Shown here: positions 9,672-18,835 of the stretch, in pieces
Layout: each line of letters begins with the position of its first letter
How positions within the stretch are numbered: position 1 is the first letter of the stretch
NCBI GenBank assembly: GCA_039794845.1
Contig: JAUQVK010000017.1
Coordinates: forward strand, 1 to 40,107
From: Thermostichus sp. DRC_bins_24
GTDB lineage: Bacteria; Cyanobacteriota; Cyanobacteriia; Thermostichales; Thermostichaceae
Direction of reading: 5' to 3'
DNA length: 40,107 nt
Position numbers and translations under genes: made by a program
The notes under the pieces: model-generated
Databases searched by the model: none
The model's input: only the letters and a program-made list of their open reading frames with translations
Told to the model about the DNA's origin: nothing

Positions 9672-10574
9672 TCAGAAAAAAGCCCAGGGATAGAGCAGAT
9701 ACTCCAGGTAAAACAGCTTCCAGATCAATTGGTAATAGGCAACGATTGCCTCGCGGCGGCTGAGATCCAGGCGGATGCCGTAGCCCAGAAGGATCCCTAG
9801 CCCCAGCCCATGCCCCACCAGCAGCCGGATCCCGTTTTGCACAGGGAAAAAATAGCTCCCCAACCCCATTAGCCCCAGGTAACAACCGGCCAAAATGCCA
9901 ATACAAAACCTTGAGATTCGCTCTTGCCCAAAGCGCAACGAGAAGGTGGCAATGGCAAACTTGCGATCCCCTTCCATGTCGGGAATATCTTTGTAGAGGG
10001 CGATCACCAGGCCAAAAATAGACATAAACCCGGTGAGCAACCCAATCGGGGCAGAAAGCTCGACCCTGCCCTGCATCAGCTGCTGGAAATGGCTGTAAAG
10101 GCCCAAATTGACGATCAAGCCCCGCACACCATAAATGCAGGCCGAGGCTGCCACCGGAAAACGCTTCAGCCGCAGTGGAGGCAAGGAATAAGCTGTGCCG
10201 ATCCCGTTGCTCAGGAGCACCGTCAGCAGCAGGTAAGGGATTCCGGTCAGGGCCAGCAGTAGGGATCCCACCCCACAGGCGGAGACAATGCCCACCCCCT
10301 GTCCCCAACTCAGGGATCCGGCGGCCAAAGGCAGATGGGGTTTGTTGATGCGGTCGATCTCGATATCTGTAAGCTGGTTGAGGCCGACGATGTAAACATT
10401 GGCTGCCAAACAAGCCCCCCAAGCCAAGCCCAAGTGGGGAAGTGCCGACAGAACCGGCTGCAGGGATCCACCCCCAACGAACCCCGCCAACAGGTAGAGA
10501 CCCAATACACTGGTACCGGTGCCGTAGATGGTATGGGGCCGAGCAAAACGCCAAAGGACCTGCAGAGTTAACAT
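9672..10574 (-). CDS. Homogentisate phytyltransferase (tocopherol synthesis, UbiA family)
   Basis: FARPHTIYGT, VGLNQLTDIEIDRINKPHLPLA, KDIPDMEGD and IWKLFYLEY motifs. Confidence 0.93.
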   Translation of the reverse strand: MLTLQVLWRFARPHTIYGTGTSVLGLYLLAGFVGGGSLQPVLSALPHLGLAWGACLAANVYIVGLNQLTDIEIDRINKPHLPLAAGSLSWGQGVGIVSACGVGSLLLALTGIPYLLLTVLLSNGIGTAYSLPPLRLKRFPVAASACIYGVRGLIVNLGLYSHFQQLMQGRVELSAPIGLLTGFMSIFGLVIALYKDIPDMEGDRKFAIATFSLRFGQERISRFCIGILAGCYLGLMGLGSYFFPVQNGIRLLVGHGLGLGILLGYGIRLDLSRREAIVAYYQLIWKLFYLEYLLYPWAFF

Positions 10575-10598
10575 TAGGCAGAAGGAGGCGGAACAGAA

Positions 10599-11096
10599 TT
10601 AGGGAGAGTCTTTGAGTAGGGATCCCAGGGCCGCCCAGCGGGGATCTACCAGTGGCCCAGAAGACTCCACCACAATGCCTTCGCAATCGGGGCGGCAGGG
10701 GAACTGGCGGGGCATCTGCAGATGCAAATGCTGGTAAATCCAGTCTTCGACATCCAGCTCACCGGTAGGGGGCAAGCTTTCCAGCAGATCCTCATCCCGC
10801 AATTCCAGCTCTAGAGGCAGGGGCTCGGGGCCGGGCTCCCGAATCAGGATAATCTCCTCAAACTCCAGATTCAGCCGGTGGTTAAACTGCTGCAGGCAGC
10901 GGTGACAAGTAAGGGTGACGATCGTGTGCGCCTCGGCGCTGATCTCGAGAAAATTGCCCCGATGGCTGATCTGAAGGGATCCCTCCACAGGAGTGAGGCT
11001 CTCGAAACCTGGAAAAAACTGCTTGAACTCCAACTCCTGGGTTTGCTGGGGCAACTGCCGCAGATCGGATAGACGAATGGGCCTTAACATCCACAC
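10599..11096 (-). CDS. YceD/DUF177 family protein
   Basis: CHRCL, CRPDCEG and DPRWAAL motifs. Confidence 0.9.
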   Translation of the reverse strand: MWMLRPIRLSDLRQLPQQTQELEFKQFFPGFESLTPVEGSLQISHRGNFLEISAEAHTIVTLTCHRCLQQFNHRLNLEFEEIILIREPGPEPLPLELELRDEDLLESLPPTGELDVEDWIYQHLHLQMPRQFPCRPDCEGIVVESSGPLVDPRWAALGSLLKDSP

Positions 11097-11175
11097 CCTC
11101 CTTCACAGCTCGCAGGGATCCCTAAAGTCGCCGCTAGGGGCAAGCGGTCTGAGTCTGTTGCGCCCTCCAGCCCCC

Positions 11176-11742
11176 TTAAGATACCGGACGAATCACCAAG
11201 CGGCGGTCAGGTTCTTTGCCACGGCTGAAGGTTTCTAGATCGGCATAGGCGGGGTCGCTCAAGAGGGTGTGAATTTGCCGACGCTCGGCAGCCGAAAGGG
11301 CTTGAAACTCATATTCCTGTCCGCTGGCTCGTACCTGTTCTACGGCGGTGGCGGCCATATCCTGAAGTTCCTGTAGGCGGCGCTGCCGGTACCCGTCCAA
11401 TTCCAGGGTGTAGGCCTGCTGATGGTCGTCCGGCCGGTTTAGGTTCAGAAGGGTATTGGCCAAGTATTGCAAAGCATCCAACACCACAGGGGAGCGATCC
11501 TCCTCAGGGCCAGGCTCTCGACCGGATGAAGGAGCTTTCGCCAGCAGCAGTTGCTTTTGCGCGGCCGTTAGGGAAGCAGCTTCAATTTCCACCACCTCCC
11601 CCACCACCTGTACCTTAGCCGGGATCCCCATGGCGGTGAGCACCTGCTGTAACCACTGTTTGGCCCGTTCTTGGTTTTCAGCAAAGGCAGCCTTGCTCGG
11701 GGGAGGGGCTGCTGTTCCCCTAGAGGACTCAGGGCGACTCAT
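11176..11742 (-). CDS. jag: Jag/KhpB-like RNA-binding protein with R3H domain
   Basis: LDALQYLAN, DGYRQRR and LSAAERRQIH..GKEPDRRLVI motifs; downstream of yidC; start placed at ATG 11742. Confidence 0.88.
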   Translation of the reverse strand: MSRPESSRGTAAPPPSKAAFAENQERAKQWLQQVLTAMGIPAKVQVVGEVVEIEAASLTAAQKQLLLAKAPSSGREPGPEEDRSPVVLDALQYLANTLLNLNRPDDHQQAYTLELDGYRQRRLQELQDMAATAVEQVRASGQEYEFQALSAAERRQIHTLLSDPAYADLETFSRGKEPDRRLVIRPVS

Positions 11743-11827
11743 CCTGGGCAACTCCCAATTCTGAAAGGGGCACCGAGGTGCTCTACAAAAGCGCACTTAA
11801 GGGTCCAGCTTGGCAGCAGGGGATCCC

Positions 11828-13018
11828 TTAAGGCTCAAAGGGCAGTGACTCCCGCCCTTCTCCACCGACCTTGGGCTTGGCGGATTTTTCCACCTCCTTG
11901 GCTTCCACCGTCACCACTTCGGCAGCACGACGACGCTCTTCTTCCACCAACTGCTGCAAATTCTCCGGCAAGGGCTCCCGCGAGAGCAGGAAGGTTTGCA
12001 CGGTCTGGAAGATATTGGAGACCAGGATGTAGAGCAAAACCCCAGCCGGCAACGGGAAGAACAGGAACATCGCCGAAAACAGCACAGGGGTAATGCGAGC
12101 CATCGAGCTTTGGCTGGGATCCTCCTTGCCCGAATCCTGTCCGGCGGTGGTCAGGGATTGGTTCAGGTAGATGGACACCCCGAAAATGACAATCATAGCG
12201 ATGATGTCCCAGTGGATGGTGCCGTCGGCGTCAAAGGCCCCGACCCGACCCAGTTTATCGATAAAAAGAAAGCCGGTATCGGAAGCCAAACCGGGAATGG
12301 AAACCTGTACCGTCACCTCTCCCGGCTCTAGGGCCAGCAACGTGCCGTCGGGCTTGAGTTGGGCGCGATCTTCCCCTTTGGTCAGCTTCCAGGTGGGTTG
12401 CAGCTTGCTGGGATCCCCACCCGCTTCCATCACCAACTGATCAAAGGCTTTGCCCCCCGCCCCTTGTAGCAAAAATTCCACCTGTTCCCCGACGCCGATC
12501 TTGGTGCCCTTAGGCTCCACCAACACCACCGGCTTGTGAAGGGAATCGGTCACGAAGATGTTCTTGCTGGGGCTGACGTAGGGAGCGGGCACCACCTCAG
12601 CGGCAACTTCTGGGGGCAGGATTTGCAGGTTAACGTCGTAGGTAACCGCCGCAAAAGGGGATCCCCGCAGGGTGGCAAACAGGGCAAAGAGCACCGGCAT
12701 TTGTACCAACAGCGGCAAGCATCCCCCCAAAGGATTGGCCCCCAACTCGCTGTAGAGCTTGGACTGAGCCTCACGGAGCTTTTGCGGATCGTCTCGATAC
12801 TTCTCCTGAATTTCCCGCATCCGCCGCTGCATCACCGGGTTGATCACCTTCATGCGCCGCATGTTGCGGATGGAGCCGACGTTAAGGGGATAGAGGGCAA
12901 AGCGGATCACCAACGTCAGGAAGATGATGGCCAGTCCGTAGCTGGGCACGATCCCGTAGAAAAAATCCAGGATCGGCAGCATGACGTTGTTGGAGAGAAA
13001 TCCGACTCCGAAATCCAT
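11828..13018 (-). CDS. yidC: Membrane protein insertase YidC
   Basis: MDFGVGFLSNNVMLPILDFFYG, NPLGGCLPLLVQMP and PAGVLLYILVSNIFQ motifs. Confidence 0.96.
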   Translation of the reverse strand: MDFGVGFLSNNVMLPILDFFYGIVPSYGLAIIFLTLVIRFALYPLNVGSIRNMRRMKVINPVMQRRMREIQEKYRDDPQKLREAQSKLYSELGANPLGGCLPLLVQMPVLFALFATLRGSPFAAVTYDVNLQILPPEVAAEVVPAPYVSPSKNIFVTDSLHKPVVLVEPKGTKIGVGEQVEFLLQGAGGKAFDQLVMEAGGDPSKLQPTWKLTKGEDRAQLKPDGTLLALEPGEVTVQVSIPGLASDTGFLFIDKLGRVGAFDADGTIHWDIIAMIVIFGVSIYLNQSLTTAGQDSGKEDPSQSSMARITPVLFSAMFLFFPLPAGVLLYILVSNIFQTVQTFLLSREPLPENLQQLVEEERRRAAEVVTVEAKEVEKSAKPKVGGEGRESLPFEP

Positions 13019-13153
13019 GAGGGGTGCTGGCGAATGTCCGTAACCTATTGTAATGGCTTCCGTCCGGTTGACGAGGGCGTTTTCAGGGTTTGTCTGCCGG
13101 GATCCCTCAAAAAGACAGGGCTGGGAAGGACAGGGTTCTCAACGTTCATTGGC

Positions 13154-13639
13154 TCAATTGCCCGTGGCCGTCCGCACTGCCAAGATCACCAGAGCCACGG
13201 TTGCAGAGCCAACCAGAGTAAAAGCTAGGTTCACAACCTGATTCGAGGCTTTTTGGTAGGCCTCTACGCGAGTGTTGGTTAGGGCTGTCTCTTGCTTGAG
13301 TCCTTCCAGGTCGCTGGATACCCGTTGCAGCTGGCTAAGGATGATCTGCTGATTGTGATCCAGCTGCTCGACCTTGGCATCCAGTCGCTCAACCCGAGCA
13401 TCTACTCCGGCAACTCTCGCACCTAGATCTCTAACTCGATCATCAAGATCTCTGACTCGGTCATCGAGATTCTGAACCCGGCTATCGAGATTCTGAACCC
13501 GGCTGTCGAGATTCTGAACCCGGCTATCGAGATTCTGAACCCGGCCATCCATCTCTCTCACTCGGTCATCTAAGTCAACGAAGACATCTCGCAGTTCAGC
13601 GACGCTGGAGATCAGACTGTTTTCTTGCTCGGGAGTCAT
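13154..13639 (-). CDS. Coiled-coil heptad-repeat protein with C-terminal TM anchor
   Basis: Repeated RVQNLDS/RVRDLDD heptads, then YQKASNQVVNLAFTLVGSATVALVILAVR. Confidence 0.8.
   Translation of the reverse strand: MTPEQENSLISSVAELRDVFVDLDDRVREMDGRVQNLDSRVQNLDSRVQNLDSRVQNLDDRVRDLDDRVRDLGARVAGVDARVERLDAKVEQLDHNQQIILSQLQRVSSDLEGLKQETALTNTRVEAYQKASNQVVNLAFTLVGSATVALVILAVRTATGN
13463..13546. repeat. 21-bp coding tandem repeat, 4 copies plus degenerate flanking units
   Basis: (A/G)TCGAGATTCTGAACCCGGC(T/C) four times in a row. Confidence 0.95.
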
Positions 13640-13788
13640 CCGCTTACCCCCACGTCCCCTACCAAGTTAAGGGTAGCGTCAAAATTTCCCAGGCTGGGGG
13701 TAGGGATCCCCAGCGCGGAAACGGGAAAAGCCCATTCAGGGCGGTTGCCTAGCGGTACTTCCTTCGCCTATGATGGGAAACGCTCCAA

Positions 13789-13860
13789 TCCTCGGTAGCT
13801 CAGCGGTAGAGCGGTCGGCTGTTAACCGATTGGTCGCAAGTTCGAATCTTGCCCGGGGAG
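13789..13860 (+). tRNA. trnN: tRNA-Asn (GTT)
   Basis: TCCTCGG...CCGGGGA acceptor stem, D-arm AGCTCAGCGGTAGAGC, anticodon loop CTGTTAA, T-loop GTTCGAAT; CCA not encoded. Confidence 0.97.
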
Positions 13861-13970
13861 TGTGTCAAAGTTTGCCTGTCGATACTCTCTGCCAGACCTC
13901 TCTGTTGGGGGGGAGCGCTTCGATTTATAATGCCCTCTGGCTGTTTATTCCTACTCCGAGGGTATTTGCT

Positions 13971-14483
13971 GTGATCGACTTGTCTCGGATCCCCGCCCAA
14001 CCGAAACCCGGCCTGCTCAACGTGCTAATTGAGATCCCCGGTGGCAGCAAAAACAAGTATGAGTTTGACAAAGACATGGGGGCAATGGCGCTAGACCGTG
14101 TGCTCTACTCCTCGGTGCAGTACCCCTACGATTATGGCTTTGTGCCCAATACCTTGGCCGGGGACGGGGATCCCTTGGATGGCATGGTGATTATGGATCA
14201 GCCCACGTTCCCCGGGTGTGTGATCACGGTGCGCCCGTTGGGGATGCTGCAGATGATCGATGGTGGGGATCCTGATGAGAAGCTGCTGTGTGTACCCGCA
14301 AAGGATCCCCGTTACGCCTCTGTGACGAAGTTGGAAGATATTGCTCAACACCGTCTGGATGAAATCGCAGAGTTTTTCGCCACTTACAAGCGCCTAGAGA
14401 AGAAGGAAACCCAAATCTTGGGTTGGAAAGGATTGGCGGAAACCGAAGCGATCATTGCCAGCAGTGTTGCCGCTTACACGTAA
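13971..14483 (+). CDS. ppa: Inorganic pyrophosphatase (family I)
   Basis: [36 protein letters not shown] and DEKLLCVP motifs; start GTG 13971. Confidence 0.96.
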   Translation: MIDLSRIPAQPKPGLLNVLIEIPGGSKNKYEFDKDMGAMALDRVLYSSVQYPYDYGFVPNTLAGDGDPLDGMVIMDQPTFPGCVITVRPLGMLQMIDGGDPDEKLLCVPAKDPRYASVTKLEDIAQHRLDEIAEFFATYKRLEKKETQILGWKGLAETEAIIASSVAAYT

Positions 14484-14568
14484 ATTCCAACCCATGCCAA
14501 CCCATCACCGTCCGTCGGTCTAGAGCTCATCTGCTTGCTAGACTCAAGAAGATTGACCCGGATCCCCT

Positions 14569-15318
14569 ATGTTTGATGCCGTACAGCTTTGGCTTTACCA
14601 CCTAGAGCAGTGGGCAACTCAGCTGGTTCAGTTTCAGCTGCAGCACCTTTCTCCCGTGAGTCTGCTGGTGGTGGGTCTGGCGGGGGTGCTCACCAGTCTT
14701 TCCCCCTGTATGTTGTCCATGCTCCCGATCACCATTGGATACATCGGCGGCTATACCCCTAATTCTGGCCAAGCTACCGATGGGATCCGCTGGCAGGCGT
14801 TGGTTCAATCTCTGGGGTTTGCGTTTGGAGTGGCCTTTACCCTGACGCTGTTGGGTTTGGGGGCAGCCTTATTGGGTCGGGTTTACGGGCAAACGGGATC
14901 CTTCTGGCCCTATGTCATGGGGGGGATTGCCATCCTGATGGGGCTGAACCTATTGGAGGTGATCCCCCTGCGCTTTCCCGATTGGTTTAACCGCATCGAG
15001 ATCCCTGGGCAGTGGCCAAGGTTGAGTCGGGCGGTGCTGTTGGGGTTGACCTTTGGCTTGGTGGCTTCTCCTTGTAGTACGCCGGTTTTGGTGGCTTTGC
15101 TCAGTTGGGTTGCCACCACAAGGCAACCCTGGGTGGGGGCAGGGTTGCTGTTGGCCTATGGGTTGGGGTTGGTGTCGCCGCTGGTGTTGGCGGGGGTGTT
15201 CACCGGATCCCTCAAACAGCTGTTGTCGATGCGGCGCTGGTCGGGCTGGCTCACCTACGCCAGTGGGGTGGTGTTGGTTGGGTTTGGCACCTTGACGCTT
15301 CTGTCGGTTTGGGCTTGA
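14569..15318 (+). CDS. ccdA: Cytochrome c biogenesis protein CcdA
   Basis: SLSPCMLSMLPI and VASPCSTPVL cysteine motifs; multiple TM helices. Confidence 0.93.
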   Translation: MFDAVQLWLYHLEQWATQLVQFQLQHLSPVSLLVVGLAGVLTSLSPCMLSMLPITIGYIGGYTPNSGQATDGIRWQALVQSLGFAFGVAFTLTLLGLGAALLGRVYGQTGSFWPYVMGGIAILMGLNLLEVIPLRFPDWFNRIEIPGQWPRLSRAVLLGLTFGLVASPCSTPVLVALLSWVATTRQPWVGAGLLLAYGLGLVSPLVLAGVFTGSLKQLLSMRRWSGWLTYASGVVLVGFGTLTLLSVWA

Positions 15319-15374
15319 AGCGGGATCCTTATCACTGCGGGCTAAGATCAGTGGGTTAGCCTTGCATTTGTCCA

Positions 15375-16742
15375 ATGCCCATGCCCTTGGTCTCTTCTGT
15401 GCGGCGGTATTTTCGACATGAGCTGCTACCGTTGCTAGCGGATTTGCGCTTGGCAATTGGCTTACTGCTGGTGATCGCAGTTTTGAGCGCCACAGGCACG
15501 GTGATCGAACAGGATGAACCTGCGGCCTTTTATCAAGCCAACTATCCAGAACATCCGGCCCTGTTTGGTTTTCTCACCTGGCGGGTGATCCTGAACGTTG
15601 GTTTGGATCATGTCTATCGCACCCCTTGGTTTCTGGCGATTTTGATCCTGTTTGGCAGCAGCCTTGCTGCTTGTTCTTTGACCCGTCAATGGCCGATGTT
15701 GAAGGTGGCCCGCCGCTGGAGCTACTTCACCCGTCCGCAATCTTTCCAGCGCCTGCCATTTCGCACCCATCTGCCCCAAAGATCGCTGCAAGGGATCCCA
15801 GCTTATCTACGGCAGCAGGGCTATGCCGTGTTTCAGGAGGGGGATCGCCTCTATGCCCGTAAGGGATTGGTGGGCAAGTTTGGCCCGATTTTGGTGCATA
15901 TCAGCCTGCTGTTGATTTTGTTGGGGGCGATTTGGGGGGGCATCAGCGGCTTTAAGGCCCAGGAGCTGATCCCCAGCGGCAGCACTAGCCCGATTCAACA
16001 CCTAACGGGGGCTGGAGATCTGGCCCGCAACCACCTGCCCAACTGGCAGATCCGGGTGAACCGGTTCTGGATTGACTATTCCCCCGAGGGCCGGGTCAAG
16101 CAGTTTTACTCGGATCTCTCGATTTTGGATCAGGGTGTAGAGGCCAAACGGCAAACCATTTCCGTGAATCATCCCCTCAGCTACCGGGGGGTCACCCTCT
16201 ACCAAGCGGATTGGAGCATCGATAGCGCCCGCATTCGGGTGAACAACAGCCCCAGCTTTCAGATCCCCGTGGTGCCGGTGCGCACGGAGTCGGGCAGCAA
16301 ACTTTGGGGTGCTTTTGTGCCCACCCAGCCGGATATGAGCGAGGGGTTGACGATGCTGCTGCCGGATCTGCAGGGGACGGCGCTGCTCTACGACAGCGAG
16401 GGGCACTGGATCGGATCCCTGCGCCGGGGCATGAGCTTGGCCCTGAACGAGCGCCTCACCCTTTATCTGGACGACGTCATCGGGTCTACGGGCCTACAGA
16501 TCAAATCGGATCCGGGGATCCCTTGGGTGTATCTCGGGTTTGGGCTGTTGATGGTGGGGGTGGTGATGAGCTATTTCAGCTACAGCCAAATCTGGGCTTT
16601 ACAAACCGAAGCGGGCCTCTATCTGGGGGGCAAAACAAATCGTGCCTTGGTCACCTTTGAGCGAGAATTGGGCCGGTTGGTGGAGCAACAGCAGGCCCTC
16701 TTCCCCCACGCTGGGATCCCGGTAGAGGCTGAAGCTCCCTAG
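15375..16742 (+). CDS. ccsB: Cytochrome c biogenesis protein CcsB/Ccs1 (ResB family)
   Basis: DLRLAIGLLL, GTVIEQ, GPILVH, QFYSDLS, VNHPL and DPGIPWVYLGF motifs. Confidence 0.94.
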   Translation: MPMPLVSSVRRYFRHELLPLLADLRLAIGLLLVIAVLSATGTVIEQDEPAAFYQANYPEHPALFGFLTWRVILNVGLDHVYRTPWFLAILILFGSSLAACSLTRQWPMLKVARRWSYFTRPQSFQRLPFRTHLPQRSLQGIPAYLRQQGYAVFQEGDRLYARKGLVGKFGPILVHISLLLILLGAIWGGISGFKAQELIPSGSTSPIQHLTGAGDLARNHLPNWQIRVNRFWIDYSPEGRVKQFYSDLSILDQGVEAKRQTISVNHPLSYRGVTLYQADWSIDSARIRVNNSPSFQIPVVPVRTESGSKLWGAFVPTQPDMSEGLTMLLPDLQGTALLYDSEGHWIGSLRRGMSLALNERLTLYLDDVIGSTGLQIKSDPGIPWVYLGFGLLMVGVVMSYFSYSQIWALQTEAGLYLGGKTNRALVTFERELGRLVEQQQALFPHAGIPVEAEAP

Positions 16743-17055
16743 CCCCATCCAAACCATCTGAATCTGTATCCCTCTGTAGCCTACCAAACGAAATCTCGAG
16801 GAGGCATTTACAGTCCTTTCGTCGGTCACTTACAACCGCGGGACTTCCCTTCCTGGTGCTCCGCACCCTGCGTAGCGGGAACAGAAGGCGCAAGTCTTGC
16901 CATAGAAAACCCACACAAGGGCTGTATCTCCGCAGCAGCTTTGTCTCTTTCAGACGGGCTTTTTCCAACAAACTGTATAAAATCCGATCCAGGGTGCGCC
17001 GGATCCTGACCGACCGGGATCTGTCACCCGGGGACAAGCGAAATGGATTGGAACC

Positions 17056-17898
17056 ATGTGGAAACGGCTGCTTGTGGGTTGTGTGCTCTTGGGGATCCCT
17101 TTGGGGGCAGCTCCGGCCTGGGCCGGGTGCGGGTTCCCCCGTGGGGCAGGGCAAGTCTTTTTCTCGGTGCAGCCGGAGCTTTATCGACCGCGTACTCGCT
17201 TTGATGGTTCAGGGCGAGTGGTACCGGCCCTTTCTGAATTTGACACAACCACCTTCAACCTTTTTGCCGAAACGGGCCTGACGGAGCGCTTGACCGTGAA
17301 TGTGAATACGGCCTATGTTTTCCTAGAAAATCGCTTTGCCAGTGGCTCAGACACCATTACCCAACGCAATCAGGGCCTGCGGGATTTGGAAGTGGGCCTG
17401 CGCTACTCCTGGGGGGAAGGGGATCCCTTCTTTTCTGGGCAACTGACGGCCCTCATTCCCCCCGGTTACGACACATCCAACACCCCCTTGCCGCTGGGAT
17501 ATGGCGTCGTTGGCTATGACCTGAGTGGGGGCGTGGCGGCCTCTGGCCTGCTGGGATCCCTGCCCGGTTTTTTCGACTCCTGCCTCACCTTTCGGGATTA
17601 CCTGGGCTATCCAGGTAGCCGCATGAAAGCCAACCTGACCGTTGGGGCCGATCTGCTCCCCGGCCTACAAACCATCGCCTCGTTGGACGGAGACTTTACC
17701 CTGGGCAATGGCGCACCGCTGCTGCTGGAGGGCAGCCCTGTACAAGACCCGGACTACGACAACCTAAAACTCTCGGGCCAATTCAACTGGCGCGTGGATC
17801 CCAACTGGACACTTGGCTTGGGAGGATTTCACTATCTAACTGGGCGCAACACCAATGCTGGCGGTGGGATCACGGGCTATGTGTGGCTAAGTTATTGA
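17056..17898 (+). CDS. Putative outer-membrane beta-barrel protein
   Basis: Signal peptide ending in AWA; alternating amphipathic strands; GLRDLEVGLRY; C-terminal aromatic ending YVWLSY. Confidence 0.65.
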   Translation: MWKRLLVGCVLLGIPLGAAPAWAGCGFPRGAGQVFFSVQPELYRPRTRFDGSGRVVPALSEFDTTTFNLFAETGLTERLTVNVNTAYVFLENRFASGSDTITQRNQGLRDLEVGLRYSWGEGDPFFSGQLTALIPPGYDTSNTPLPLGYGVVGYDLSGGVAASGLLGSLPGFFDSCLTFRDYLGYPGSRMKANLTVGADLLPGLQTIASLDGDFTLGNGAPLLLEGSPVQDPDYDNLKLSGQFNWRVDPNWTLGLGGFHYLTGRNTNAGGGITGYVWLSY

Positions 17899-17986
17899 AT
17901 TAGACGAAATATTGCAGGATATCCGCTCCGGTAACAGGGATCCGCATGGGCGGATCTAGGATGAGTTTTGGCTCCTCAATCCAGGA

Positions 17987-18835
17987 ATGATCATGCCTCG
18001 ATTTGAAAACGTGATTGCCGCCATCGACGGCAGCGGTACCACTGAGCAGATGATCCACACCCTACTGTCGTTGCCGGCTTTTGCCAAAAGCAACGTGACC
18101 TTGCTCCATGCGGTGCCTTCCCAAACCACAGCGGAAGACATGCGCAACGAATGGCAAAAAGGGCAGGAGCTCTTGGCCAAAACCCTGCAAACCTTTCCGG
18201 CCCAACCGGGCGTGAAGATCAGCACCCAACTGGTGGAGGGGGATCCCAAGGTGGTGGTCTTGGAGGTGGCGGAATCCCTGCCCAACCCGCTGATCGTGAT
18301 GGGCTCCCGGGGCCGCGGTCGCATTATCGCCATTCTGCAAAACTCGGTCAGCCAGTACGTTTTCCAGCTGTCCTCCTGCCCGATGTTGCTGGTCAAAGAT
18401 GATGCCTACATCAAGCAGCCCAACCGCGTCATGGTGGCCCTGAACAATTCCCCCAGTGCCCAAGAAGCGCTCTCCACAGCCATGGAGTTGGTGGCGGGCA
18501 TTCCGGGTACCCAGATCTTCTTGGCTCGTGTCCAGCTGGACGCCGACAACCAAAGCAGCGATGAGGTTTTGAATCGGGCGATCGATACCCTTAAGCAGCG
18601 GCAAATTGGCTATCGGGTGTTTACCGCCGTCGGGGATCCCGGAACGGAGATTGTCCGTTTGGCTGAACAAAGCGATGCCGACCTCTTGGTGATGGGATCC
18701 CCAGATCGCCGCCCTACCATCGCCCGCAACATTCCCGATCTGGATCGGCTGTTGGGCCGTTCCATTTCCGATTATGTCCGGGTTCACATCGGTTGCCCGG
18801 TACTGATGGTGCGCTCCGCCCGCGACACCGACTAA
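17987..18835 (+). CDS. Universal stress protein (tandem USP domains)
   Basis: AAIDGS, EGDP..LIVMGSRG, SVSQYV, GDPG..LLVMGS and CPVLMV motifs. Confidence 0.92.
   Translation: MIMPRFENVIAAIDGSGTTEQMIHTLLSLPAFAKSNVTLLHAVPSQTTAEDMRNEWQKGQELLAKTLQTFPAQPGVKISTQLVEGDPKVVVLEVAESLPNPLIVMGSRGRGRIIAILQNSVSQYVFQLSSCPMLLVKDDAYIKQPNRVMVALNNSPSAQEALSTAMELVAGIPGTQIFLARVQLDADNQSSDEVLNRAIDTLKQRQIGYRVFTAVGDPGTEIVRLAEQSDADLLVMGSPDRRPTIARNIPDLDRLLGRSISDYVRVHIGCPVLMVRSARDTD

Noticed and set aside
9151..9763. ORFs 9151-9351, 9188-9469 and 9476-9763 as real genes
   Set aside because: They are explained as frames through repeats and tnpB debris
13789..13860. tRNA as integration site (att) for an island
   Set aside because: No duplicated tRNA 3' end or integrase was noticed in the window
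13770..13970. N-terminal extension of ppa
   Set aside because: It runs through the tRNA-Asn gene; PPase similarity starts at GTG 13971
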